From NCBI GenBank assembly GCA_024398405.1, contig JAKSJE010000002.1, forward strand, positions 2,474 to 66,473: a stretch of DNA of 64,000 bases, read 5' to 3'. The DNA comes from Bacteroidaceae bacterium (GTDB lineage Bacteria; Bacteroidota; Bacteroidia; Bacteroidales; Bacteroidaceae). The notes under the pieces were generated by a model. That model was given only the letters and a program-made list of their open reading frames with translations. It was not told the origin of the DNA and ran no database searches. Below, one piece after another: positions 18,642-27,163 of the stretch. A program made the translations under genes and the position numbers. Every line of letters starts with the position of its first letter. The first letter of the stretch is position 1.

Positions 18642-21308
18642 TTATTTGCTCAGATACTTCTTGCCGTTCTTGATGACGATGCCGTTGTATGAACTGTTTA
18701 CAATTTGCCCACTTGTGTTGTAAGTCCTCATGCCCGGCTCCTCGCTCTTGAGTCCAGGTTGAGTCTGAATGCCGGTCACGTAAGGTGCACTGAGCATGAC
18801 TGGCTCTCTGAGACTGCCTTTGCGGGTGGTGTAGTTGAGGACCTCATTCATTTCATAGCTCTCACCGCTTTCATAGTCATGGAGCACGAACGTCAGTCGT
18901 TCCCCTGCCTTGCCCGATGCGTTGATGAATGCGATATCGCCGTCAACGAACTCGCCCCGTCCGCGGCATTCATCACCTACGAAGACTCCTATAGAGTAGT
19001 GACTTGCGTTCTGCAGACCTTCCACCTTGGCAATCAAAGCCATGTTGTCGGCAAAGGCATGAGGATTATAGGAGAACACCTCCTTGCGGGCATTTGTCTG
19101 CCTTGACTTTACGCCATTGCCTGGGTCTGCTGGCATGAGGTCTTTGTTAAACGCCCATGTCACCAATTCCTGATTGGTGTAATACACACATCCCTGACCT
19201 TCCCTCAAGGCAAATTCCAGACCTGCGACCCATGTCCCATCTGATGCTTTGTAGGTGGCGAAGTTGTCTTTTGTGATAATCATGTCCCCATCCTCCGGTG
19301 TTACTCCGTTCAGGAAGTCGGCAAGACGGTCAGCCGTGATGTCGAACTCGTATGGGTTGTTGATCCAGTTATAGCCTTTTCTGGCAACTGCATATGCTTC
19401 GTTCAGGTCGAACACGCTCACGTCACCGAGCGTTATGGCCGACGGCTGACTCGTATGCACCTTATACATGCCGTCGGTTGGCTTCAGTATCGTAAGGTCG
19501 CCGAAGAGTCCAAGACCGCCCTTGTCGTTGAATGTCAGTTGTTGCTGTGAGCGTATCTCTATCAGGTCGTCGGTTTTCATGGCCCGTTCGAGGGCGATGC
19601 CCTCCCGTTCACCGGCATTGACGGAAACCCAGTTCCATCCCTGTCTGAGTTCTTGCTGCACCTTGATGTTGACGAACGGCGAGGCGATTGCTCCGTCCAC
19701 CGATGCCATAGGCAGCACATCACCGTCATACACAAGGTCGAACGGAATGCCCTTACCTGCGAACCTCGGTGTGATCATCATGGAGTAGTCCTTGGATGAG
19801 GCATCCGCAGGCGCCTTCACCTCTGACAGTTCCGCATAAGGCTTTCCTGTGTATCTCTCCGGGAACTTCACGCTGACGTCGCCGATATCGAACGGCTCGT
19901 TTGCCGGATTATCAACCGTGATACTTGCAAGCACCGACTCTGAGACGCTGCCGGTCTTCAGGAAGTCGGTCGTCACCTGTCTCCATGTGATTTTCAGCGC
20001 ACTTGTAATGTCGAGGTCTATCTCGACCGATGCGTCACCCGGCTCCGAGCCTGGCATCACCGTGACTCCGTCCGTCAGTGTAACAGTGGCTTTGGCAGTA
20101 CCCTTCTTCACTGCCAGACCCTCTGGGCTGACCGCTTCCTCCGGATCGTAGGTGTAGCTGACCTCATTGGCCGCCCATGCACCGGGGTCTTTATGCTCAG
20201 GCCATGCGAACGACAGTTTCCCCTTTATGAGTTCCTGCGGCTTCTCACCCACCTTCAAGCTGATGCTCTTGGTCTGTGTGCTGATTGACAGCGGGCGGAC
20301 ATACACTTTCACGTTCACTTTCGGGTATTTGTCTGAGGTGAATGACTGGTCGGGGTTCACAGGCGCTATCATCACCGTATATTCCCCACCAGTGGTCGGT
20401 ACTGTCATGTCTGTCGTCACGCCATTTACGGCGCACACGAGCTTGAAATCCTTGTTGTCGGCATCGGCAGGAAGTATGGTGAGATGCGAACTGAGGTAGT
20501 CTTTGAGGTTGTCGTATGCGAAGAATTTGTCAATGGACTCTATGTCGCATGTGATGGATGTGACTCCGACTGTCACGACAATGACCTGGATCGTCGCTGT
20601 TCCGCTGAGACTCTTCTCCGATTCCGTGGCTCCTGGAAGGTAGTAGCTGGCCTTGACATCCAGTGTATAGGCATCGCCATCTTTGCCGGTCTTGATTCTA
20701 ACCTCCGAGCCAGTTGTCTCGATGTTGTCAGAAGAAGTGGCCGCTTGCTGGCTCACCTCATAGGCAAAACGCCCAGCCACACTCGACTCACCCTTCGTAC
20801 CATTGTACTGGAACGTGACGTAATCGGCTATATCGACCGTGTACGGGAATGCGGACGGTTTCTGTTCCACTTTGATTGGATTGTCCTTGACCACGATGCC
20901 TTTCACCTCGTCAAGATACAAGTCGATAGGGATTACCTCGTGGTTGCCGTCGCCAATGAACTTGATGGTCTTCGCGAAATCGTACTCGATTCCGTTGTAG
21001 AAGGCCTTGAAACTGACTGTCTGGTTCAGCTCAGTCTCGGGATTTCCGGCCACACGCATGGTGATGACGTTCTGGGTATTGGCCTCCTTGCTCGTCTTCA
21101 TGGCTCTACACTCTCCGTTGATGAATGCTCCGAGCTCCAACGTCTGTTGCGAGCCGTTACCGATGACTCTGCCGCCCACATACACCCTGATGAACACTGC
21201 TGTCTCTGCGCTGTAGTCCTGATTCCCTTTCGGAGTCCAGTGATTCGTCTGCGCCGCTATTGCCACAAACGGAAGCAACAGGGCGAGTGCTGATAGAAAT
21301 TTTCTCAT
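18642..21308 (-). CDS. T9SS-sorted cell-surface protein with Ig-like repeats (first gene of operon)
   Basis: 888-aa ORF with signal peptide MRKFLSALALLLPFVAIAAQ and a Thr/Val-rich Ig-like middle region. The C-terminus ..YNTSGQIVNSSYNGIVIKNGKKYLSK resembles a type-A Por secretion tail. The N-terminal module (ELGAFINGECRA..) recurs near the C-terminus (IGVFVGDECRGRGEF..). Confidence 0.8.
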   Translation of the reverse strand: MRKFLSALALLLPFVAIAAQTNHWTPKGNQDYSAETAVFIRVYVGGRVIGNGSQQTLELGAFINGECRAMKTSKEANTQNVITMRVAGNPETELNQTVSFKAFYNGIEYDFAKTIKFIGDGNHEVIPIDLYLDEVKGIVVKDNPIKVEQKPSAFPYTVDIADYVTFQYNGTKGESSVAGRFAYEVSQQAATSSDNIETTGSEVRIKTGKDGDAYTLDVKASYYLPGATESEKSLSGTATIQVIVVTVGVTSITCDIESIDKFFAYDNLKDYLSSHLTILPADADNKDFKLVCAVNGVTTDMTVPTTGGEYTVMIAPVNPDQSFTSDKYPKVNVKVYVRPLSISTQTKSISLKVGEKPQELIKGKLSFAWPEHKDPGAWAANEVSYTYDPEEAVSPEGLAVKKGTAKATVTLTDGVTVMPGSEPGDASVEIDLDITSALKITWRQVTTDFLKTGSVSESVLASITVDNPANEPFDIGDVSVKFPERYTGKPYAELSEVKAPADASSKDYSMMITPRFAGKGIPFDLVYDGDVLPMASVDGAIASPFVNIKVQQELRQGWNWVSVNAGEREGIALERAMKTDDLIEIRSQQQLTFNDKGGLGLFGDLTILKPTDGMYKVHTSQPSAITLGDVSVFDLNEAYAVARKGYNWINNPYEFDITADRLADFLNGVTPEDGDMIITKDNFATYKASDGTWVAGLEFALREGQGCVYYTNQELVTWAFNKDLMPADPGNGVKSRQTNARKEVFSYNPHAFADNMALIAKVEGLQNASHYSIGVFVGDECRGRGEFVDGDIAFINASGKAGERLTFVLHDYESGESYEMNEVLNYTTRKGSLREPVMLSAPYVTGIQTQPGLKSEEPGMRTYNTSGQIVNSSYNGIVIKNGKKYLSK

Positions 21309-21336
21309 GTTAATATATGTTTACTATTCAATGACG

Positions 21337-21344
21337 CAAAGGTA
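21337..21344 (-). promoter_or_regulatory. Bacteroidota sigma-A -7 box (TACCTTTG) for the giant-protein operon
   Basis: The minus strand reads TACCTTTG, matching TAnnTTTG. It lies 29-36 nt upstream of the ATG at 21308. Confidence 0.5.
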
Positions 21345-21383
21345 ACGAGTAAGCCCATCATGCAATTGAACTTACTAATCAAA

Positions 21384-21435
21384 AAATTGTACTTTCGACG
21401 CATTTTTTCATGCGGAAATTGTACTTTCGACGCAT
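21384..21435. promoter_or_regulatory. perfect 20-bp direct repeat (AAATTGTACTTTCGACGCAT x2, 32-bp phasing); candidate regulator binding sites
   Basis: Copies at 21384-21403 and 21416-21435 are identical. They lie in the divergent intergenic region between the operon and the AraC-type regulator, roughly -55 to -105 from the predicted operon start site. Confidence 0.55.
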
Positions 21436-21544
21436 GATGCAATAATACCACGTTTGTTATCAACACTTTGCTCAGTCTATTTTGATTTTGCGCCAAAAGA
21501 GGATTTTTTATGGGAAAAACAATTCGGATAAGGTATTTTTTTTG

Positions 21545-21552
21545 TACTTTTG
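21545..21552 (+). promoter_or_regulatory. -7 box (TACTTTTG) for the regulator gene
   Basis: Matches TAnnTTTG, 35 nt upstream of the ATG at 21587. Confidence 0.45.
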
Positions 21553-21586
21553 CAACTCCAAACTATTAAAAATCTCAAATTCAAGG

Positions 21587-23311
21587 ATGAAACATCTTGT
21601 CTTCTCTTTATTGTTTTGTTGTGCGGGAATCAGTATGCAGTCACAGACCATAGACTCGCTCTACGAGTGTGCGCATCGTGATGGAAAGGTTGACATCGAG
21701 CAGGCGAACCGTCTTATCGTCGCCCTTGACGCCCTCGGGTGCGCAGACAGCCTGTATGTGTTCACCAACGACAATGATGAAGAGGAGATCTTATGTGCCA
21801 TGTGCCTGTATATGTCGTACTATTACTATGACAACGCACATTACGTTCCCGCTCTGAAAATGTGTCTCATGGCAGTCCGCAACGCCGAACTCATGGATGA
21901 CCTCGGCATCCGCAGCGATTGCTATTCCATGCTCGGCACTCTCTTCCACCGCATAGGCGATCAGGAACGCGCTTTCGAGACCATGCGCAAATGCATTCAG
22001 ACCGACAGCATCCTCGGCGACAAGAGCAGGCTCAGTTCCTCGTTCAACAACCTCGCCGCCATAGTCATGGCAATGGAGAAGCCAGAGGATGCGGTGCGCT
22101 ACGAGCTCCAGGCCATTGCCTACGAGAAGTCACTGCCATCGCCTGACAGGCTGTCCGTGCGGTACGGCATACTTTCAGAAGCCTACCTCAATGCCGGCAA
22201 AGCGAAAGAGTCAATGCACTACGCCCAACTGGCTTATGACCTTGACAGAAAGGCGGGTAACCAACTCGGCATTGCTCGAAGGCTCTCTCAGATGGCAGAT
22301 GCCTACATGGCCATGGAGGACTTCAAGCAGGCTGAGACGCTTTACCTGAGAGCCGACGAACTGCTGCGCCAGATAGGCGAGAAGAATTCCCTCGCCATCA
22401 ACTGCAAGCAGCTTGGCCAACTCTATACTGCCATCAACAAATACGACGAGGCATACAAATGGCTGCTTGAAGCCGAGTACATATGCGCTGAGACTGGCAA
22501 CAGATACCTGCGAGTCAATGTCAACGAACAGATATCCTTCATCCTGAAAGACAAGGAGCCGGAACGCTCACGCATATTCCTGCTTTACGCCAAGTCACTG
22601 AAAGACAGCATCCAGACAGACAAGTCGCTGCTCATGTCGGCTGAATACAAGGAGATATTCGAGAAAGAGGAAGAGGCCGAGCGCCACCGCCGTGACAGCA
22701 AGCGCCATGCCATCGTCCTATCAATCATCATCGCCGTGACTGTAATCCTTGCTGTCATCGTGCTGATGCTGCTCCGTCAGCGAAACCGGCACTCATCCAG
22801 ACAGTCCAGCACCAACGCCAGCACAAATGAGCAGCAGCCTGACACTGACTCGACAGCCGCCAGCGAAGGGGATGCCGAGACCACCATGGACTGCGAAAGC
22901 GCAGACGTCACCGAGGTCATGCCATCGACGATGCTCCTCAGTCCGGCGACACTGAAACTCGATGAATATGACGAGGAAATCCGCAAGACATTCCTCGGAC
23001 TCATCGACTACGTCAATGCCAATATGCTTTCCGGCAGCATATCCGTCGAGGAGGCGGCCAGCAGTCTGTGCCTGAGCCGCAGCCAGCTCAACCGGCGCAT
23101 CAATGTCGTGATTGGAGGCAAGGGCGGCGCCATGGCACTCATCAACGCCTGCCGGCTTGAGAAGGCTTCACGGCTCCTTAAGACAACCAACAAACGCATC
23201 AATGAGATAAGTACCGAATGCGGTTTCGAAGACCATAGCTACTTCATCCGTGTCTTCCGCACCGCATACAAGATGACACCTAAACAATACAGGAACCTAC
23301 CTGAGATATAA
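21587..23311 (+). CDS. membrane-spanning TPR-domain / AraC-family HTH transcriptional regulator
   Basis: Corresponds to ORF 21482..23311. I prefer the ATG at 21587, which gives the signal-like start MKHLVFSLLFCCAGISMQSQ. About 330 aa of TPR-like repeats follow, then a TM helix (AIVLSIIIAVTVILAVIVLMLL) and a Ser/Thr/Asp-rich linker. The C-terminus is an AraC HTH (..LSRSQLNRRI..ISTECGFEDHSYFIRVFRTAYKMTPKQYR). Confidence 0.85.
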   Translation: MKHLVFSLLFCCAGISMQSQTIDSLYECAHRDGKVDIEQANRLIVALDALGCADSLYVFTNDNDEEEILCAMCLYMSYYYYDNAHYVPALKMCLMAVRNAELMDDLGIRSDCYSMLGTLFHRIGDQERAFETMRKCIQTDSILGDKSRLSSSFNNLAAIVMAMEKPEDAVRYELQAIAYEKSLPSPDRLSVRYGILSEAYLNAGKAKESMHYAQLAYDLDRKAGNQLGIARRLSQMADAYMAMEDFKQAETLYLRADELLRQIGEKNSLAINCKQLGQLYTAINKYDEAYKWLLEAEYICAETGNRYLRVNVNEQISFILKDKEPERSRIFLLYAKSLKDSIQTDKSLLMSAEYKEIFEKEEEAERHRRDSKRHAIVLSIIIAVTVILAVIVLMLLRQRNRHSSRQSSTNASTNEQQPDTDSTAASEGDAETTMDCESADVTEVMPSTMLLSPATLKLDEYDEEIRKTFLGLIDYVNANMLSGSISVEEAASSLCLSRSQLNRRINVVIGGKGGAMALINACRLEKASRLLKTTNKRINEISTECGFEDHSYFIRVFRTAYKMTPKQYRNLPEI

Positions 23312-23485
23312 GCGGGAGCGGCCTCACGCCGTAGCAGCATCACACCCGACCGCCAGAGAGACACGGAGACAACCCCGAGTCTTCTATCGTCATAGCACTA
23401 ACCGACCCGATCCGACCCGGATGCGTTCGCCATCCAGTCCCCGCGCGACCCATCAGCCGAACGCTATCGTCACCACCCCGCGCAG

Positions 23486-23700
23486 ACTACGTTCAGACGC
23501 CGTCCAGCGAGCGCATGGACGCGGCTGATGTAAAACAAGACCACGTCGGCGACTTCGCACAACGAGGCCTGGGAGAGCGCATGACCACACCTCATTGAGC
23601 GTTCTCCCAGGTCTCGTCATGCGCTCTCTCAGACCTGGTCATGCGCTCTCTCAGACCTGGTCATGCGCTCTCTCAGACCTCGTCGTGCGCTCTCACGGAC
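23486..23700 (+). repeat. GC-rich structured intergenic repeat element, copy A, ending in ~4-5 tandem 22-bp units (TCATGCGCTCTCTCAGACCTGG)
   Basis: Tandem units lie at 23617-23638, 23639-23660 and 23661-23682, with degenerate flanking units. The whole element aligns with the reverse complement of 48450-48625. Confidence 0.8.
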
Positions 23701-23748
23701 ACTTCGGACACCTCGCATGTCGCTGATTAACGGGTGTGCCTGTACACA

Positions 23749-23782
23749 CAGAGCCAGCCATCGGGGTTGGTGGCTGGCTCTG
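23749..23782. terminator. 12-bp perfect stem-loop (CAGAGCCAGCCA / TGGCTGGCTCTG) between convergent genes
   Basis: The inverted repeat was read directly and has a 10-nt loop. There is no strong U-tract on either side, so a terminator function is tentative. Confidence 0.35.
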
Positions 23783-23862
23783 CGTGTTGTCTCGCCCGGC
23801 ACGGTTGGCTGTGTGTAAAGTCGTTCAGACAGCCGATGTCGTCGCGCGGATGAGTTTCCGTC

Positions 23863-26800
23863 TTATCTGCTGCGTGTCTTGAACGTCTCGGTGGTCTGGC
23901 CGCTGGTGACACTGACCATCACGACTCCCCATGCGGGGTCGAGCCGAAAGGAAGGGCGGTCGGTGGAGAGAAGGCACACACCTGTAGTGCTATAGACATT
24001 CACCTGTGTGGGGTTACCTGCTACTGTGATGAGTCCGTTGTCGTTCCTGATGGAGAACGCCTCGGCGACTGGCCGGCGGACAGAGGTGGTCTGCTGGCTC
24101 ATGTCGATGGTATATGACTCACCGGCGACGGCATCAATCACGATGCAGTCCTCATTGACATACTTGCACGCCACTTCCTCGCCTTTGGAGTTGACCACGC
24201 GCCGGTCGGCTATGCCCTTGTAGGTGACAGGGCAAGGAAGGGTTAGCACAGCCGTGATGGTGGCGACTGTGAGCCTGCCGTTCTCCCATGCCTGATCGAC
24301 CGTGAAGTTGCCCACTGCCTTCAGGCCCTTGATTTCCCCGTATGGCCAGACGGAAGGTACTGCCGGGAGCAGGCGGAGGGTGTCGGTGTGGCTCTGCAAC
24401 AGCATCTCAGCGATTCCGGAGCACACTCCGAAATTCCCGTCTATCTGGAAAGGCGAATGGGAGTCGTAGAGGTTGTAGTAAATACCTCCGGCGTACTGGT
24501 TGGTACCGTAGGAAGTGGAGTGTTTCAGTGCGTTGTGTATGATGATGTGCGCATGGTCGCCGTCGAGCGCGCGTGCCCAGAGGTTGGTCTTCCAGCCCAT
24601 GGACCATCCTGTGGCTTCGTCGCCACGGAGTTTGAGTGAGTTGACCGCCGGCACGAAATAAGGGCTTGACGGTGAGAGTGTGGACAGAGGATACAGAGCC
24701 ATCAGGTGTGACAGATGCCGGTGGGAAGCGTCGCCGCTGACATCGTAGGGTGAGTATTTCCACTCACGGAGCAGTAGGTCGCCTTTCTTGACGCCGTTGC
24801 GAGGATTCGTCCATGCGCCGTTGAGCGACGATGCGGTGTATTGCTCCGTATGCAGGCCCTGGTCGGTGTCCTGTATGTAGTCGTCGAGTTCAGCCAGTTC
24901 CTCGTCAGTGAGTCCGGCAGAGCTCTGCCCGAGGATGTCAACGGACTTGCGGACATTGGTCAGCAGGTCGTAGATGAGTTGCTGGGCGTGAGCCGTTCCG
25001 TCCTCAGTGGCATGGTCGTTCTGCTCCGGGGAATACTCGTCAGGGGCGACGAACGTGCCGTCGGGCGAGGACTTGTAGGCTGTGCCGCGGTAGTCCTTGT
25101 TGCTGACCTTGGAGTCATATCCGCGGTCACGGATCATTCGCTGCATCCAGAACTGCGCAGCCGACCACATCGCCGGGAACGCACGCCGCAGGTAGTCCTT
25201 GTCGCGGGTGAAGCGGTAGTGGTTGAAGAGGTGAGAGCAATACCATGCGTTGGCTACGAAGTAGTTGCTTCCCCATGTGCTCATACCTCCGTAGATGTTG
25301 CTCTCCGTGAACACCGTCCAGCCCTTCGACACCTTCGCGTAGCTCTTCGCCACCTTCTGCCAGTTGGCGCTCGCCGCATTGGTGATGATGTAGTTGAGGA
25401 ACGGCATGTGCATCTCGCTGAGGTTGGTCACCTCTGACGGCCAGTAGTTCATCTGGACGTTGATATTGGTGTGGATGTCGGAGTTCCACGGTGCGCGGCT
25501 GAGGTTGTTCCATATGCCCTGCAGGTTGCTCGGGACGTCAACGCCGCGGCTTGAGCTGATCTCGAGATAGCGGCCGTAGGAGAAGTAGAGCTGCTCGAGG
25601 AAGAGGACGAACGGCTCGGTCCCCTTCACGTTCTTGGACTTGTCGTTGTAGTAGTCCACGAGTGCGTCCGTAGGCAATGACGTGGGAGCCTCAGCCCCGG
25701 CGAGCTGGAGGCTCACGCGCCCCATCAGGCTACGGAAGTCGGCGACATGCTCGGAGTACACCTCGTCGAAGCCTTTGGCGGCTGTTGACTTGACCAGGTC
25801 GAGAACCGCGGTGCGGAGCTCGGCTGCGGTTCCTGATGACCGCGAGGCGACGGAGCCGTCGAAGTTGGTACGGCCGGTGAGGTATATGACCACCTCAGAC
25901 GCGTTGTCAACCACGAGGCCGTCATCGGCCTTCTCGACTGTGGAGCCCTCGCCGACGGGGACGACCTTCATGCGAGTGTTGTACTCCACGGTGGAGAGGC
26001 TCCCGAGGAACGTGGCGTAAGCGTCACCGGTCTTGCTGACAGAATAGGACAGCCCGCGGGCGTCAATCTCCTCACCCATCTGGTAACTCACCTTCAGGTG
26101 CAGTTTGTCCTTGCCGTCGGCCTTGTAGCGGGCGACTATCATCTGGGCGGGATACGAGGAGAAGTAGAGACGGGAGTATCTCGTGCCACCGTCAGGGCTT
26201 GTGTAGCTCACGCCGGCGGTGGCATTCTCGAGGTCGAGGTAGCGCACATAGTCCTTCGCGGACTTTGACTCTGTATAGCCGAACACATCGGAGAGGTCCT
26301 CCACGATGACTGAGCCGAAGTTCTTGTACTGCCCGTAGCCTCCCAAGTCGTTCGGGCCACCGGTCCAGAGGGTCTTCTCGTTGAACTGTATCTCGTCCTT
26401 ATGGACTCCGCCGAAGAGGCTCGCGCCCAGCTGGCCGTTTCCGATGGGCAGCGAGTATTCCATCCAGATATTGTTGACACCCGTAAGGGTCGCAGGCCGG
26501 TCATACCAAAGGGTCAGCTGGTGCTCCGGACTGAAAGAGGAAGCGCCGGCAACCTTGAAGTCGGGGTACTCGATGTCAGACGGGTCAATGATGACCACAG
26601 GGTTGTTGACGTCGCCCTTGTTCCAAAGGCCGAGTTCCTTGCCGACGCCCGTACCTCCGAACTGGTTGACGTAGGACTTGGAGTCTGAAGCGCCGAGCCA
26701 CTTTATCTCCCACGATGTCTTGTAGGAGGAGTTGGTTGACTGTTCCAGTTTCCATCCGCTCGCATCCTCGGAGACGGAGGTCTGCAGCCGGGAGCCGTTG

Positions 26801-27063
26801 TAGGTGAGGTACTCACCGTCTTTGTTGCGGATCTGGCAACTGAGAGCGCTGCCCGAGAAGCACCACAACTGGGCGGCGTCATCGCTGTTGAGCGACACCG
26901 TCTGCACGTTGGAGCCCGTGCCGGTCCGCGCGACAGTGAGCTTGCTGTTTGAGAACTGGATGACATAAGGGGTAACGCCATCGAACTTAGGTGAGACCTG
27001 AGCGTTGATGAAAGCGATGCAAGTCTGCAATGAGAGGATTGCGATCAATAGACTACGTTTCAT
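23863..27063 (-). CDS. GH95 alpha-L-fucosidase/alpha-L-galactosidase, full length with T9SS C-terminal domain (copy 1)
   Basis: 1,066-aa ORF with signal MKRSLLIAILSLQTCIAFINAQ and a ~160-aa N-terminal lectin-like module. The GH95 N-terminal signature is present (TLWYDRPA..WMEYSLPIGNGQLGASLFGG..EIQFNEKTLWTGGP). The C-terminal ~65 aa (..ITVAGNPTQVNVYSTTGVCLL..GVVMVSVTSGQTTETFKT) resembles a T9SS CTD. Confidence 0.85.
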   Translation of the reverse strand: MKRSLLIAILSLQTCIAFINAQVSPKFDGVTPYVIQFSNSKLTVARTGTGSNVQTVSLNSDDAAQLWCFSGSALSCQIRNKDGEYLTYNGSRLQTSVSEDASGWKLEQSTNSSYKTSWEIKWLGASDSKSYVNQFGGTGVGKELGLWNKGDVNNPVVIIDPSDIEYPDFKVAGASSFSPEHQLTLWYDRPATLTGVNNIWMEYSLPIGNGQLGASLFGGVHKDEIQFNEKTLWTGGPNDLGGYGQYKNFGSVIVEDLSDVFGYTESKSAKDYVRYLDLENATAGVSYTSPDGGTRYSRLYFSSYPAQMIVARYKADGKDKLHLKVSYQMGEEIDARGLSYSVSKTGDAYATFLGSLSTVEYNTRMKVVPVGEGSTVEKADDGLVVDNASEVVIYLTGRTNFDGSVASRSSGTAAELRTAVLDLVKSTAAKGFDEVYSEHVADFRSLMGRVSLQLAGAEAPTSLPTDALVDYYNDKSKNVKGTEPFVLFLEQLYFSYGRYLEISSSRGVDVPSNLQGIWNNLSRAPWNSDIHTNINVQMNYWPSEVTNLSEMHMPFLNYIITNAASANWQKVAKSYAKVSKGWTVFTESNIYGGMSTWGSNYFVANAWYCSHLFNHYRFTRDKDYLRRAFPAMWSAAQFWMQRMIRDRGYDSKVSNKDYRGTAYKSSPDGTFVAPDEYSPEQNDHATEDGTAHAQQLIYDLLTNVRKSVDILGQSSAGLTDEELAELDDYIQDTDQGLHTEQYTASSLNGAWTNPRNGVKKGDLLLREWKYSPYDVSGDASHRHLSHLMALYPLSTLSPSSPYFVPAVNSLKLRGDEATGWSMGWKTNLWARALDGDHAHIIIHNALKHSTSYGTNQYAGGIYYNLYDSHSPFQIDGNFGVCSGIAEMLLQSHTDTLRLLPAVPSVWPYGEIKGLKAVGNFTVDQAWENGRLTVATITAVLTLPCPVTYKGIADRRVVNSKGEEVACKYVNEDCIVIDAVAGESYTIDMSQQTTSVRRPVAEAFSIRNDNGLITVAGNPTQVNVYSTTGVCLLSTDRPSFRLDPAWGVVMVSVTSGQTTETFKTRSR

Positions 27064-27162
27064 AATCGTGATTTTGACTGGTTATTACTATGGTTGTTCT
27101 TTTTCAGTTTTGTCCTGAGTGTCCAGAAGATTCGTTGCTGGAGCATGAAGAGCCAGAACCAT
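27060..27162 (-). pseudogene. duplicated 3' fragment (~100 nt) of the GT2 glycosyltransferase gene
   Basis: Identical to 30211-30313, including the overlapping stop/start ATGA with the downstream GH95 ATG. It has no upstream coding continuation. Confidence 0.8.
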
Positions 27163-27163
27163 C

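Noticed and set aside
20484-21293. Long antisense or alternative-frame ORFs inside large genes. Examples are 20484-21293 (269 aa), 24841-25437 and 27992-28588 (198 aa), and 49171-49986 (271 aa). Further cases are 58187-58939 (250 aa), 40180-40788 (202 aa) and 36935-37498 (187 aa).
   Set aside because: All lie opposite much longer ORFs with clear family signatures or signal peptides. Their translations are low-complexity or Arg/His/Val-rich, as expected for antisense frames.
21305-21496. 63-aa ORF in the divergent intergenic region
   Set aside because: It covers the promoter and direct-repeat region, is AT-rich and has no signal or motif. It is more plausibly regulatory DNA.
23595-23700. 22-bp tandem repeats considered as a possible CRISPR array
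   Set aside because: The units are directly adjacent with no spacers. There are only ~4-5 copies and no cas genes. The same units occur inverted at 48.45 kb as part of a larger repeat element.
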